Of a DNA stretch of 64,000 nt, positions 37,669 to 49,197 are shown in pieces. A program made the translations under genes and the position numbers. Position 1 is the first letter of the stretch. The number at the start of each line of letters is the position of its first letter. The notes under the pieces were generated by a model. That model had not been told where the DNA came from and did no database searches. It saw nothing but the letters and a program-made list of their open reading frames with translations. The stretch covers positions 6,453 to 70,452 of the forward strand of contig JASHNV010000058.1 of assembly GCA_030041455.1 (NCBI GenBank). Reading direction: 5' to 3'. The stretch is from Spirochaetia bacterium. GTDB taxonomy: Bacteria; Spirochaetota; Spirochaetia; DAHUYW01.

Positions 37669-38652
37669 CTACACCGCCAGGTGCATGTCGCGGCCGACGA
37701 CGGAGAGGGCCTCCTCGCGGTGGGCACGGGCGGCCTCCATGAACCGGTAGAAGTGGCTCGAGAAGAAGCCCGCCTTCGCGGGGACCGGCTTCCGCCGCGC
37801 GAGCTTCGATTTGTACAACACCTCGTCCTTCAGCCACAGAAACTTGTCGTAACCGCCCTGCGCCGCCTCCTCGTCGGGAATCTCGTCGGTGACGATCGCC
37901 TCGGCGATCCACTCGGCGCGGTCGAACGGGGCCATCTCCTCGGCGATCGTGAGATCGAGGATTCGCTCCTCCTGGCCCGCCGGACCGAGGAGCGACGCGA
38001 GGCGGTCGAGAACCGCCTCCGCGTCGTCGAACGGCCTCCGATTAAAGGCGCACAGATACTTGTAGATCTTCCGCGCCGCCGCGAGGTCGCGGGTCCGGTT
38101 GACGACCCGCTGGCGAGCGGGAACGAGGCGAGGATCGGTCCAGATCTCCGACAGGCGGTCCGGCGCGCGAAGCGCCTGCGCGTGGCCGATCGGCGGTATC
38201 ACCGAGGCCGTGTCGACGACGTTCCACTCCTCCCGCACGCCGGAGAAGTTCTGATGCGCCCAGGAATCGGCGTAGGTGTGGAGCGCGACGCCGAGGCGAT
38301 AGGGATCCCGCGAGCGCAGCGCCGCGATCAGGAGCCGCTTGACGCCCGGAGAGCCGGGCGTGCAGTTGAGCCGATTCGATCGGCCGTCGAGGCGCTCCGC
38401 GTCGGGATAGTCGGGATCGCCGGGAAAGAAATGGAACGGGATGTACACGTTCCGCGGAGTTTCGACGTTCCAGAAGCCGAAGTTCTGCGTCGAGATGGTG
38501 GTGTACGTGGAGCTGGCGGCGTCGACCGCGTAGGCGACCACGTTGTAGTCCACGAACTGGGAGGCGTAGGAGATGACGCGCGCCTCCTCGGCCGGAAAAC
38601 CGGCGCGCCTGCAGAGGTAGTTGAGAATGTAGTAATGGAACTCGATGTTCAC
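37669..38652 (-). CDS. DUF6765-like protein (PLC/P1-nuclease-like Zn motif)
   Basis: MNIEFHYY...AGF, SQFVD, PFHFFPGD, LGVALHTYADSWAHQNFSG, IGHA. Confidence 0.75.
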   Translation of the reverse strand: MNIEFHYYILNYLCRRAGFPAEEARVISYASQFVDYNVVAYAVDAASSTYTTISTQNFGFWNVETPRNVYIPFHFFPGDPDYPDAERLDGRSNRLNCTPGSPGVKRLLIAALRSRDPYRLGVALHTYADSWAHQNFSGVREEWNVVDTASVIPPIGHAQALRAPDRLSEIWTDPRLVPARQRVVNRTRDLAAARKIYKYLCAFNRRPFDDAEAVLDRLASLLGPAGQEERILDLTIAEEMAPFDRAEWIAEAIVTDEIPDEEAAQGGYDKFLWLKDEVLYKSKLARRKPVPAKAGFFSSHFYRFMEAARAHREEALSVVGRDMHLAV

Positions 38653-38680
38653 GCCCGGGATCCGCGGCGGAGCGCTCCGC

Positions 38681-39529
38681 TCAGCCGAAGATGTAGCTCG
38701 TCCATTGCTTCCCGAGCCCCGCGAAGCCGCACTCCGCGACCTTCTTCTCGTTCGCTTCCCAATTGTCGCCGTAGTGAACGAGGTACATCTTGCGCTTGAT
38801 TTCCGCCGGATAGGAATTGAGCTCGTCGATGCCGGCGTGAACCCCGCCGTTGAAGAACTGGCAGTCGTGAAAAATTATCTCCGGCTTGAACAGCTTGTCG
38901 AAGGTATAGACGAGATCTTCGTCGAAACGGGTGTCGCTCGTGAACATCACCCGGTCGTCGATCATGAGGCCGCAGCTCCAGAAGGAGCTTTGCCACGTGG
39001 CGGGATTGTCGGGTATGTGCTTGGTTCGATAGAACTTGATGTTGATCGACCCGATGGTCGCCTCGTGCGTCTCGCGCGGCAAGGTCTCAAGCCACACCGG
39101 GCGGACGATCTCCCACATGTCGTCGAAGGTCAGCACCTGGCCCGAACGCTCCTCGTTGAAGGCCGAGCCTCCCCGGAGGGACATCTCCCACAGGAGCGTC
39201 TGGTAGGTCGGGTTGATGATGATGCTCGGCTTTTCCCGCCGGACGTACCGGTTGAGGAGCATGACCTCCTCGAGACCTCCGATATGGTCGGCGTGGGAGT
39301 GCGTGATGAGGAAGGTCCGCAGGTCCGTGACCTGCAGACCGATCTCGTGGATGGCCTGGGGAGCCTTGGAGCCGAAATCGACCATCACGTGATCTTTTCC
39401 CTTGATGACTAGGAGGTTCGTCTGGTAGTTGCGCTTCGTGAAGGCGCTCCCCACCCCGAGGAAGAAGAGCGTGAGCTTTCCGTCGTTCACGAGGGAAAGT
39501 GGAAGCTTCTTAAGCTTGCGAATCTCCAT
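38681..39529 (-). CDS. MBL-fold metallohydrolase (RNase Z/phosphodiesterase-like)
   Basis: FLGVGSAF, ITHSHADHIGG (HxHxDH), TSDT, FHDC, VHA, LVHYGD. Confidence 0.9.
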   Translation of the reverse strand: MEIRKLKKLPLSLVNDGKLTLFFLGVGSAFTKRNYQTNLLVIKGKDHVMVDFGSKAPQAIHEIGLQVTDLRTFLITHSHADHIGGLEEVMLLNRYVRREKPSIIINPTYQTLLWEMSLRGGSAFNEERSGQVLTFDDMWEIVRPVWLETLPRETHEATIGSINIKFYRTKHIPDNPATWQSSFWSCGLMIDDRVMFTSDTRFDEDLVYTFDKLFKPEIIFHDCQFFNGGVHAGIDELNSYPAEIKRKMYLVHYGDNWEANEKKVAECGFAGLGKQWTSYIFG

Positions 39530-39595
39530 GGATGGCTCCTGCCTACGCTAAAGTATAGTTCATTCTCGACCCGTTTTCGAGCCGCCGCAACGACC

Positions 39596-39623
39596 CCGGA
39601 CCTGAGCCCGGGCTCAGGTCCGG
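39596..39623. repeat. perfect 28-bp palindrome overlapping a stop codon
   Basis: CCGGACCTGAGCCCGGGCTCAGGTCCGG equals its own reverse complement. Confidence 0.85.
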
Positions 39624-40306
39624 TCTTCCTCCTGCAGAGCCTGGAGAACGGCGTCCTCGTCGCGGGCGGCGAGAATTTTCGCGTTGAGCTTGCGCTCCCC
39701 GAGAAGCATGTTGAGCTTCGCCATGACCCGCAGGTGGACGACGTCGCTGTCGGTGGAGAGGAGGAAGAAGAGCGTGGTCTTCTCGCCGTCGAGCGCGTCG
39801 AAGTCGGTTCCCTGGCGGCATACCCCGACCACCAAGACCGGCTGGGACGTCCGCGACTCTTTCTGGCGGCGGATGTGGGGGAAAGCAACCCCCCGGCCGA
39901 GCGCCGTCGAGATCATGTGCTCCCGCTCCATGAGCTTCGCGAGGAACTCCTCGCCGTCGGGCACCACGGCCGCCTCCACTAGGGGACGGACGAGCTGGCG
40001 GAGAACCTCCTCCTTCGTCCCCGGGGTCACGCTCAACAGGATATGGCGCTTCTCCGTCAGCCGGGAGAGCGGTACCGGCTCGCGGGTGGCCTCGATCAGC
40101 TTGACGAGCTCGCTTTTCGGCGGGCTTTTCATGCGCGCCGCGAGCCATTCGTCGATCATGGCGCGCCGAAAGCGCCATTGGCTCGCCACCTTGATGGATG
40201 GGATTTCGTCGTTGTGGACCATCCGAAGGACCGTTTTTTCCGCTACCTTCAGGTAATGCGCCACCTCGGCAAGCGTGAGGAGCTCACGTGACGTATCATT
40301 TTCCAT
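39614..40306 (-). CDS. excisionase-type HTH fused to a PTS EIIA (Ntr/Fru) domain
   Basis: LTLAEVAHYLKVAEKTV...IPSIKVASQWRF; RE..STALGRGVAFPH (phospho-His); HLRVMAKL. Confidence 0.9.
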   Translation of the reverse strand: MENDTSRELLTLAEVAHYLKVAEKTVLRMVHNDEIPSIKVASQWRFRRAMIDEWLAARMKSPPKSELVKLIEATREPVPLSRLTEKRHILLSVTPGTKEEVLRQLVRPLVEAAVVPDGEEFLAKLMEREHMISTALGRGVAFPHIRRQKESRTSQPVLVVGVCRQGTDFDALDGEKTTLFFLLSTDSDVVHLRVMAKLNMLLGERKLNAKILAARDEDAVLQALQEEDRT

Positions 40307-40334
40307 GATGTTCCTCCAACAGCTCGAAAAGTCC

Positions 40335-40362
40335 ATTATAGTCCGTTGAAGGCCGCGGTCAA
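40335..40362 (-). promoter_or_regulatory. sigma70-like promoter
   Basis: TTGACC-16 bp-TATAAT on the minus strand. Confidence 0.6.
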
Positions 40363-40417
40363 GCGTCGCGCGCTGCTCCGGCGACCCGCCGCGGAGCCGG
40401 TCCCACTCGGACCCAGG

Positions 40418-41452
40418 CTACTGGCAGAAGAAGCGGAACGTTGTCCGTTGGTGGTAGCGCTCGCCGGGTCGCAGAATCGTGCTCGGAAACTTGGGCTGAT
40501 TGACGGCGTCCGGAAAGTCCTCGGTCTCCAGGCAGAAGGCGGAGTGCTTCGCGAAGCGCTTTCCGCCCCGCCCCTGGATGCCCGTGAGCATGTTCCCCGT
40601 GTAGAATTGAATGCCGGGCTGCGTCGTGCGGACCTCAAGGCCGCGTCCCGAGCCGGGCTCGTAGACGCGAGCCGCCTTCTGCAGGCCGGTTCCGCGCTTT
40701 CGGATCGCGAAGCAGTGGTCGTAGCCGCCCGACGACTCGATCTCGCCGCCGATCGCGGTCTCGGAGCGGAGGTCGAACTTCGTCCCCTCCACCTTGGCGA
40801 GCTCTCCGGTGGGAATCAGGTCGGCGTCGACCGGAAGGTACTGCTCGGCGTAGATGGTGACGCGGTGACCGCGAATATCGCCGGAGCCGGCTCCGCGCAG
40901 GTTCCAGTAGGCGTGATTGGTCAAATTGACCGGCGTCGGCTTGTCGGTGGTCGCCTCGTAGTCGATCTCGAGGACGTCCTGCTCGTCGAGGGTATAGGTG
41001 ACCCGCGCGTCCAGGGTCCCGGGATAGCCCTCCTCGCCGTCCGGGCTCACGTAGGCGAGGCGCACGCCGGCTCGGTCGGGCCGGCTGAAGGGGGAGGCGT
41101 CCCACAGCGCGCGGTCGAAGCCCCGCTTGCCGCCGTGAAGGTGGCTCGGCCCTTCGTTGCAAAACAGCGCGTATTCCTTCCCGTCGAGGACGAATGTCCC
41201 TTTTCCGATCCGGTTTGCGTACCGGCCGATCGTCGCGCCGAAGTAGGGGTGGGCGCCGAGGTAGCCTTCCAGAGCGTCGAAGCCGAGCGTGATCTCCTCG
41301 CTTCGATCGTGGGCGTTGGGGGTCTTCACCGACGAGAGCGTCGCTCCGTAGGTGATGATCTGGATGGTGATTCCGTTGCCGTTCTGAATGGTGTACTGAT
41401 CCACGCTTCGGCCCTCCGGAATCTTGCCGAACACGCGATGGGAAAGCTGCAT
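40418..41452 (-). CDS. galM: aldose 1-epimerase (galactose mutarotase)
   Basis: YFGATIGRYANRI, HLHGG, EEGYPG, NLTNHAYWNL, GYDH, QFYTGN, CLETEDFPDAVN. Confidence 0.95.
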   Translation of the reverse strand: MQLSHRVFGKIPEGRSVDQYTIQNGNGITIQIITYGATLSSVKTPNAHDRSEEITLGFDALEGYLGAHPYFGATIGRYANRIGKGTFVLDGKEYALFCNEGPSHLHGGKRGFDRALWDASPFSRPDRAGVRLAYVSPDGEEGYPGTLDARVTYTLDEQDVLEIDYEATTDKPTPVNLTNHAYWNLRGAGSGDIRGHRVTIYAEQYLPVDADLIPTGELAKVEGTKFDLRSETAIGGEIESSGGYDHCFAIRKRGTGLQKAARVYEPGSGRGLEVRTTQPGIQFYTGNMLTGIQGRGGKRFAKHSAFCLETEDFPDAVNQPKFPSTILRPGERYHQRTTFRFFCQ

Positions 41453-41479
41453 GTGACACCTCAGTCGAACATTCTATCG

Positions 41480-43231
41480 CTATTCGCGCTCTCCGAGAAG
41501 GGTCTTCAGCTCCCGAATCTCATCGATGAGCTTCGCGCGCTCGAGATTCTGAAACCGTTTCGGCACCATCTCCCGGCTCGTGCATTCGAGGACGGCGACG
41601 AGGTTTTGAAGCTCGATCTCGTGCGGATAGGCCGGGGGAACGAAATCCGCGAAGGTCTCCTCGAGATCGTCGCGGCTGATCGTGACGTGATTGTTCATCG
41701 CCGCGTTGAACTTCGCTCGGATGAGGATCGACTCGAGGTCCGCGCCCGAGCAGTCGAAGCGGAACTTCTTCAGGAGATCCGATACGGCGACGCTTTCCAC
41801 GCGAAGCCGGAGCTTCTTGACGAGGGTCTGGAAGAGATCCTCGCGATCGTCGGCGGTCTCGGGGTAGAACAGGGCGAGGTGCTCCTCGGCGCGCCCCTGC
41901 CGTTTGAGGTCGATCGGAAGCAGGTCGGGACGGCAGGTGATGAGGAACCAGATGATCTTGCCGCGATACTCGGTGTTTCCCATGAAGGAGGTGATCTGCG
42001 CGAAGACCCGGTTGCTCGTGCCGGAGTCCCCGTCCTGGTCGCGATCGCCGAGAAAGGCGTCGGCCTCGTCGATCATCACCCCCACCGGCGCCATCGCCTT
42101 GAGGATGCTCAGCGCCTTTTCGAGGTTCGCCTCGGTCACTCCCTGCCACTTCGAGCGGAAGTTCCGGAACTTCACGATCGGGATGCCGATCTCTCCGGCG
42201 AAGGCGGTCACCATGAAGGACTTGCCGGTCCCGATCGGGCCCGCGATGAGGTAGCCCATGGGAAGAACGTCGAGTCGGCCCTGCTTGATCGCCCGAGCCG
42301 CGCTCTTGAAGCGCTTCTTCACGAAGGAGTGGCCGGAGATCATCGCCAGGTCGTGCTCCGATTCGATGAACTCGAGCAGCCCTATCGCCTCGTTCTCGAT
42401 GATCTCCTTCTTTTTCTCGCGGAGGTATTCGAGGCTGATCTGCCGGCCCTCCTGGAACGACTCGGCGGCGAGCTGATTGAGGTTCATGAGATTCAGCCCG
42501 CTCGTAATCTTGGCCATCCGCGACGGGTTGAGCCTCGGCTCGAGAAGGAGCGAGCCCTCGCGCTCGAGAAACAGGAGGAAGCTTTCCCGCACCTCCTCGT
42601 CGGGGATCGGGATGTTGACCTTCACCGTGCTCGGCGAGCGCACGAGCCGGGGATTGATGTCGGCGAGGTTCTCCGTGAGGAGGATGACCGACACGTCGCC
42701 CTGGGTGAAGATCGGATCGTGCGACCACCGGTTTAAGGTCACGAGGTTGTAGCGGTCCTCCTCCGACAGCCGCGAGACCTCCGTATTCGAGACGATCGTC
42801 TCGGCGTAGTCGATGATCAAGACGATGCGCTTCTTCTTCGGCATGTTCATGAGGAAGTATTTCTCTAGGAGGTTGAACGCTTTCAGCGGGTCGGACGACA
42901 GGAGATCCTCCTGCGGCTCGCCGGGATAGGCCTTCGTCATCATGGCGAGATATTCCCGCTGCATCTCCTGCGTGCAGAAGTTGATCCCGGAGGAACGGTC
43001 GTAGTAGGCGATGATGTCCCGATTTCCGAAGAGCACCTCCGAGATGAACTCCTGGATCCGCACGAAGACGAACTCGCCTTCGAGCATCTTGTTCGGGAGA
43101 AAGTCCCGAATGTTCCCGTGGATGATGTAGAGATTTGCGGTCTTCGAGCAGTATTTGTAGGAAAGGTCCTGCGCCCACGAGGGCAGAACCTTGATGAACG
43201 GCAAATTTTTGAGAATCAGCTGTTCAGCCAT
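41480..43231 (-). CDS. AAA+ ATPase with a degenerate N-terminal AAA domain
   Basis: C-terminal Walker A GPIGTGKS, Walker B MIDEAD, pore loop SKWQG, RPDLL..DLKRQGR; N-terminal IIDYAE without a P-loop. Confidence 0.9.
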   Translation of the reverse strand: MAEQLILKNLPFIKVLPSWAQDLSYKYCSKTANLYIIHGNIRDFLPNKMLEGEFVFVRIQEFISEVLFGNRDIIAYYDRSSGINFCTQEMQREYLAMMTKAYPGEPQEDLLSSDPLKAFNLLEKYFLMNMPKKKRIVLIIDYAETIVSNTEVSRLSEEDRYNLVTLNRWSHDPIFTQGDVSVILLTENLADINPRLVRSPSTVKVNIPIPDEEVRESFLLFLEREGSLLLEPRLNPSRMAKITSGLNLMNLNQLAAESFQEGRQISLEYLREKKKEIIENEAIGLLEFIESEHDLAMISGHSFVKKRFKSAARAIKQGRLDVLPMGYLIAGPIGTGKSFMVTAFAGEIGIPIVKFRNFRSKWQGVTEANLEKALSILKAMAPVGVMIDEADAFLGDRDQDGDSGTSNRVFAQITSFMGNTEYRGKIIWFLITCRPDLLPIDLKRQGRAEEHLALFYPETADDREDLFQTLVKKLRLRVESVAVSDLLKKFRFDCSGADLESILIRAKFNAAMNNHVTISRDDLEETFADFVPPAYPHEIELQNLVAVLECTSREMVPKRFQNLERAKLIDEIRELKTLLGERE

Positions 43232-43273
43232 TTCCTCCCCTCCCCTAGGAAAGACGCCAAACGAACGCGTTCA

Positions 43274-43302
43274 AGTATAGACGCTCGACGGACGGCCGTC
43301 AA
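43274..43302 (-). promoter_or_regulatory. sigma70 promoter of the AAA ATPase gene
   Basis: TTGACG-17 bp-TATACT on the minus strand. Confidence 0.65.
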
Positions 43303-43378
43303 CAAAACCTTCTCGCGGCTGATTGGCGAAGCGGGACGCGAGTGGATGTCGGACCGCCCTTTCTGGTAGGATGCCGGA

Positions 43379-43825
43379 GTGGATATCATCGTGTATACCG
43401 ACGGAGGCTGCTCGGGGAATCCCGGACCGGGGGGCTGGGCGTACGTTCTCGTGGCGGGGGAGGCGAGGAGCGAGCGCTCGGGCGCGGAGCCTTCCACCAC
43501 GAACAACCGCATGGAGCTCACCGCCGTCATCATGGCGCTCGAGGACCTCGGCGAACGTCCGGAGGGGGAGGCCGCCCACGTCGAGCTCCACACCGACTCC
43601 CGCTACGTCCAGCTCGGCATCACGGAGTGGATCGCGAAGTGGGTCCGCAACGACTGGAAGACCGCCTCGGGCGAGCCGGTGAAAAACCGCGAGCTCTGGC
43701 AGCGCCTCGCCGCGTGCGCCGCGAGGCTCGACGTGAGCTGGCGCTGGGTCAAGGGCCACGACGGAATCGAGCTCAACGAGCGCTGCGACGCGCTCGTGCG
43801 CGGCGCGATCGCCCGCTTGGGGTAG
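43379..43825 (+). CDS. rnhA: ribonuclease HI
   Basis: [41 protein letters not shown]...NERCD. Confidence 0.97.
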   Translation: MDIIVYTDGGCSGNPGPGGWAYVLVAGEARSERSGAEPSTTNNRMELTAVIMALEDLGERPEGEAAHVELHTDSRYVQLGITEWIAKWVRNDWKTASGEPVKNRELWQRLAACAARLDVSWRWVKGHDGIELNERCDALVRGAIARLG

Positions 43826-43943
43826 GCCGCGCCCCGACGCGGGCGAGCGGGCGTGGCGAGGCGTCCGAACCCCGCGATTCCGGAAGGCCGCCGCCTTGGC
43901 AAACCCCCGCCTCCATGGTATCTTCCTCAAGCGGGGGGGAACG

Positions 43944-45182
43944 ATGAAGCTCTACAGCCGCGGACAGGTCGCGGTCATTGCCGCTCTCAGCGCCGTGGGA
44001 GCCCTCGTCGCGGGAGGGGCCGTCGTCGTGAGCGTCGATGTCATCGCCCGCGCTTCGGCGGGAGCGCGGAGCCCGGTCCTCGGCGCCGAACAGCTGTCCC
44101 CCGATCTCAAGCTTCAGACGAGCGCGCCCGCGGGGACCCCGTTCGCGGTCGAGTCCGGGGTCCGGTATGACGACGAAGAGTCGCAGAACATCGCGATCTA
44201 CCAGAGAGTCAACGCCGCCGTGGTGAATATCTCCACCGAGAACATGGCGCTCAACTGGTTCCTCGAGCCGGTACCCGAAGGCGGCGGCATCGGCTCGGGC
44301 TCGATCATCGACAAGCGGGGATACGTCCTCACCAACTACCACGTCGTTGCGAAGGCGTACAAGGTGACGGTCACGCTTGCCGACGGGCAGCAGTTCGCCG
44401 GGAAGGTGATCGGTTCCGACCCCGAGAGCGACCTTGCCGTCGTCAAGTTCGACCCCGGGAGCCGTTCCCTCGTGACGGTGCCGCTCGGCACGGCGAAGAA
44501 CCTGAAGGTCGGCCAGAGGGTTCTCGCGATCGGCAACCCCTTCGGCCTGAGCCGGACCCTCACGACCGGCATCGTCTCGGGTCTCGGGCGGCCCATTCAG
44601 ACCGACAACGGCCTCGTGCTGCGCAACATGATCCAGACCGACGCTTCCATCAATCCCGGGAACTCAGGGGGTCCGCTCCTCGATTCCCAAGGCCTCATGA
44701 TCGGCATCAACACCATGATCTATACGCCGTCGGGCGGCTCGGTCGGCATCGGGTTCGCGACGCCGGTCGACACCGCGCGGCGAGTGCTTCCCGATCTCAT
44801 CAAGTTCGGGCTCGTGCGCCGCGGCTGGATCGACCTCATTCCCGTTCAGCTCGACGGCAACGTCGTGCGCTTCGGGAGGCTCCCCGTGGCGAGAGGTCTC
44901 CTGGTCTCGCGGGTCATTCCCGGCGGCAACGCCGAAGCGGCGGGTATCAGGGGCGGGGATCCCGAGAATCCGGTCCGCTACGGGCAGTCGATCATCTACT
45001 TCGGCGGCGACATCATCGTCGCGGTAAACGGGCTCCCGGTCGCGTCCATCGGGGACTATTTCACCGCGCTTGAGAGGACCCGTCCCGGCGAGACGGTCCC
45101 GGTCGACGTTCTTCGGGACGGACGGCGGCTTTCGCTCTCGGTGACCCTCGACCACCGACCTACCGGGCTCACGTGGGAATGA
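43944..45182 (+). CDS. htrA: HtrA/DegS-like serine protease with one PDZ domain
   Basis: TNYHVV, DLAV, IQTDASINPGNSGGPL catalytic triad; N-terminal anchor. Confidence 0.9.
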   Translation: MKLYSRGQVAVIAALSAVGALVAGGAVVVSVDVIARASAGARSPVLGAEQLSPDLKLQTSAPAGTPFAVESGVRYDDEESQNIAIYQRVNAAVVNISTENMALNWFLEPVPEGGGIGSGSIIDKRGYVLTNYHVVAKAYKVTVTLADGQQFAGKVIGSDPESDLAVVKFDPGSRSLVTVPLGTAKNLKVGQRVLAIGNPFGLSRTLTTGIVSGLGRPIQTDNGLVLRNMIQTDASINPGNSGGPLLDSQGLMIGINTMIYTPSGGSVGIGFATPVDTARRVLPDLIKFGLVRRGWIDLIPVQLDGNVVRFGRLPVARGLLVSRVIPGGNAEAAGIRGGDPENPVRYGQSIIYFGGDIIVAVNGLPVASIGDYFTALERTRPGETVPVDVLRDGRRLSLSVTLDHRPTGLTWE

Positions 45183-45199
45183 GCCGCGCTTGAGCCGAC

Positions 45200-47188
<1,989 letters not shown>

Positions 47189-47304
47189 GGGGCGCGGAGT
47201 CCCGCGAGCGGGTCAGATCGGCTTGCTCCGGCCGCGAGAGGCACATGACAAACGAGCACGGACATGGCGGGGCGCTCGGCGCTCCGCCCGGATCGAGGAG
47301 GGAC

Positions 47305-47715
47305 GTGAGACACGGCACGTCTCGGACGGGTGGCCTGAGGCGCGGAGCGCTCTTCGCGCTCGCGCTCGCCGCGGGGTCGCTCGCGCTCGCCTCGTGCGGC
47401 AAGCGCGAGGCCGAGCAGATCAAGCTTCCGGCGACCCCGATCCTGAGCGCGGAGGAGCAGTGGGGCGTCGTGAACTACGACCACCTCCGCATCCGGGACC
47501 ACGGCTCCCTCGACGGCAAGGCGCTCCTCACGATTCGCAAAGGGGACGAGGTCGAGGTCCTCAACCGGGCGCCCGACCTCGTCGCGATCGACGACGTGCA
47601 GGGCTACTGGTACTACGTCAATTATCGGGGGCTCCGCGGCTGGGTGTTCGGCGCCTACCTGGACCTCTACGACTCGAAGCAGAAGGCGGACGACGCGGCG
47701 AAGGGGACCGACTGA
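47305..47715 (+). CDS. SH3-domain lipoprotein
   Basis: GAGGAGG then GTG at 47305; lipobox LAS-C; LRIR..., GDEVEV, WYYV....GWVFG bacterial SH3 pattern. Confidence 0.8.
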   Translation: MRHGTSRTGGLRRGALFALALAAGSLALASCGKREAEQIKLPATPILSAEEQWGVVNYDHLRIRDHGSLDGKALLTIRKGDEVEVLNRAPDLVAIDDVQGYWYYVNYRGLRGWVFGAYLDLYDSKQKADDAAKGTD

Positions 47716-49173
47716 ATGCTCGCCGGGCAGGGTCTTCTCTCCTTGCTTGCCCCGCCCGTCATCGGAGCCGCGCTCGGGTACTCCGCGAGCGCGCTCGCGC
47801 TCCGTCTCGCGCTGAGGCGAGGGCGCTCGGCGCCCGGGAAGCCGAGCGCCCTCGCCTCAGGACTCGGCGACCTCGTCGCCACCGAGCTCCTCACGACCGA
47901 GACGCTCGCCGCCGAGATCCGCTCGGAAGGCTTTCGCGAGCGAACCGTCTCCGCGGTCGAGGCGATCACCTCCGAGCTGCTGTCCCTTCGCGCCTCCGAG
48001 CTTTTCTCCCCCGAGGAGGAGATCCCCGCGGATGCCCCGGGCGCGCGCTCCGCCGCCCGCGAGCTCCTTTCCTCCGGGAGCGCCTCCTCGGCGCTCGGCG
48101 CCCTCGTTCGCGCGTGGGCGGGCGCGGTCTCGCGCATGCCGGTCGAGGAGCTCGTGCGAAGCGAGGGCGCGAGACGGCTCATCGAGGCGGCGGCGGCCGG
48201 CCTCGCTCAGGGGGCCTCCGGGAAGGAGCTTGAGCGCGCGGTGGGCCTCCTCCTCGACGCGCTCCTCGCCTCGGAGGAGGCCCGAGCCGACCTCTTCTCG
48301 GAGCCCGGAATCGAGGAGGCCGCGCGGACCCTCGATGCGATCTATCCGTCCGTCGTGGACTTCCTCATGGGATGGCTTCGCTCGAGCTCGACCCAGGCGG
48401 ATCTCGTCGTTCGCGGCAGGCTCCTCGTGCGCGACATTCTCGACCGCCTGACCGCCCTCCAGCGGATCATCGTCTCGGCGGCGCAGTACGACCGGACCAT
48501 CGACTCGAACATGCGCGGCATCGTACAGGAGGCCCTTGACCAAATCGAGGAGGGAGCGCGAGACTCACAGACGCAGGCCCGGCTCGTGGAGGCCGCCCGG
48601 CGGGAGCTGCGCTCCCTGCGCTCGAAGAGGGTGGGCGGGGAGGCGGAGGAGGGTCTGAAGCGCCTGGCCGCTCAGGCGGTATCCGGGGGCATCGCGGCGC
48701 TCCGCGGCCCCGAGGCTCGCGGCCGCCTGATCGAGAGTCTGACCGATCTCGTCGGGGGCGCGGCGGGAGAGACGGTCGGGGGGCTCGTCGAGCGGCTTTT
48801 CGGGCTGCAGGCGGGCGGGTTTCCCCGATTCGCCTCGGACCTAGTCTCCGGGGGCGCGGTGCCCGGCCTGCTCTCGCGCATGCCCGACGTCGCGATCGGG
48901 GCGCTTCTCGGGATCGAGGGAGAGCGCAAGCGGCGGATCGACCGCGCGATCGCGGCGGCTCTCATCGGCGCGGCCGGCGCGATGGCGCCGGACCTTTTCG
49001 CGTCGGTCGACGTGCGCGCGACGGTCGTCTCGAAGATCGACGGGCTGAAGCCCGGCGAGCTCGAGGGCTTCATGCTCGGCGCCCTGAAGGGGTGGCTTGA
49101 CGCCGCGGCGCTGTTCGGCGGAGCGCTCGGCTTTGTGATCGGAGCGGTCGCCGATCTCATCCATTTCCTGTGA
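47716..49173 (+). CDS. DUF445-family membrane protein
   Basis: PPVIGAALGY N-terminal TM; helical body; C-terminal VVSKID....ELE...FGGALGFVIG. Confidence 0.75.
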   Translation: MLAGQGLLSLLAPPVIGAALGYSASALALRLALRRGRSAPGKPSALASGLGDLVATELLTTETLAAEIRSEGFRERTVSAVEAITSELLSLRASELFSPEEEIPADAPGARSAARELLSSGSASSALGALVRAWAGAVSRMPVEELVRSEGARRLIEAAAAGLAQGASGKELERAVGLLLDALLASEEARADLFSEPGIEEAARTLDAIYPSVVDFLMGWLRSSSTQADLVVRGRLLVRDILDRLTALQRIIVSAAQYDRTIDSNMRGIVQEALDQIEEGARDSQTQARLVEAARRELRSLRSKRVGGEAEEGLKRLAAQAVSGGIAALRGPEARGRLIESLTDLVGGAAGETVGGLVERLFGLQAGGFPRFASDLVSGGAVPGLLSRMPDVAIGALLGIEGERKRRIDRAIAAALIGAAGAMAPDLFASVDVRATVVSKIDGLKPGELEGFMLGALKGWLDAAALFGGALGFVIGAVADLIHFL

Positions 49174-49197
49174 TCGCTTTCCGGGAGGGGAACGAGC

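Noticed and set aside
39614-40306. Excisionase-like HTH as a prophage marker
   Set aside because: It is fused to PTS EIIA, a known regulator architecture, and no phage genes are nearby
40346-42736. Long antisense ORFs (796 aa here; also 5054-6907, 45056-47113, 58671-60080, 60741-62504 and others)
   Set aside because: Shadow frames opposite well-supported genes in GC-rich DNA; they carry no recognisable motifs
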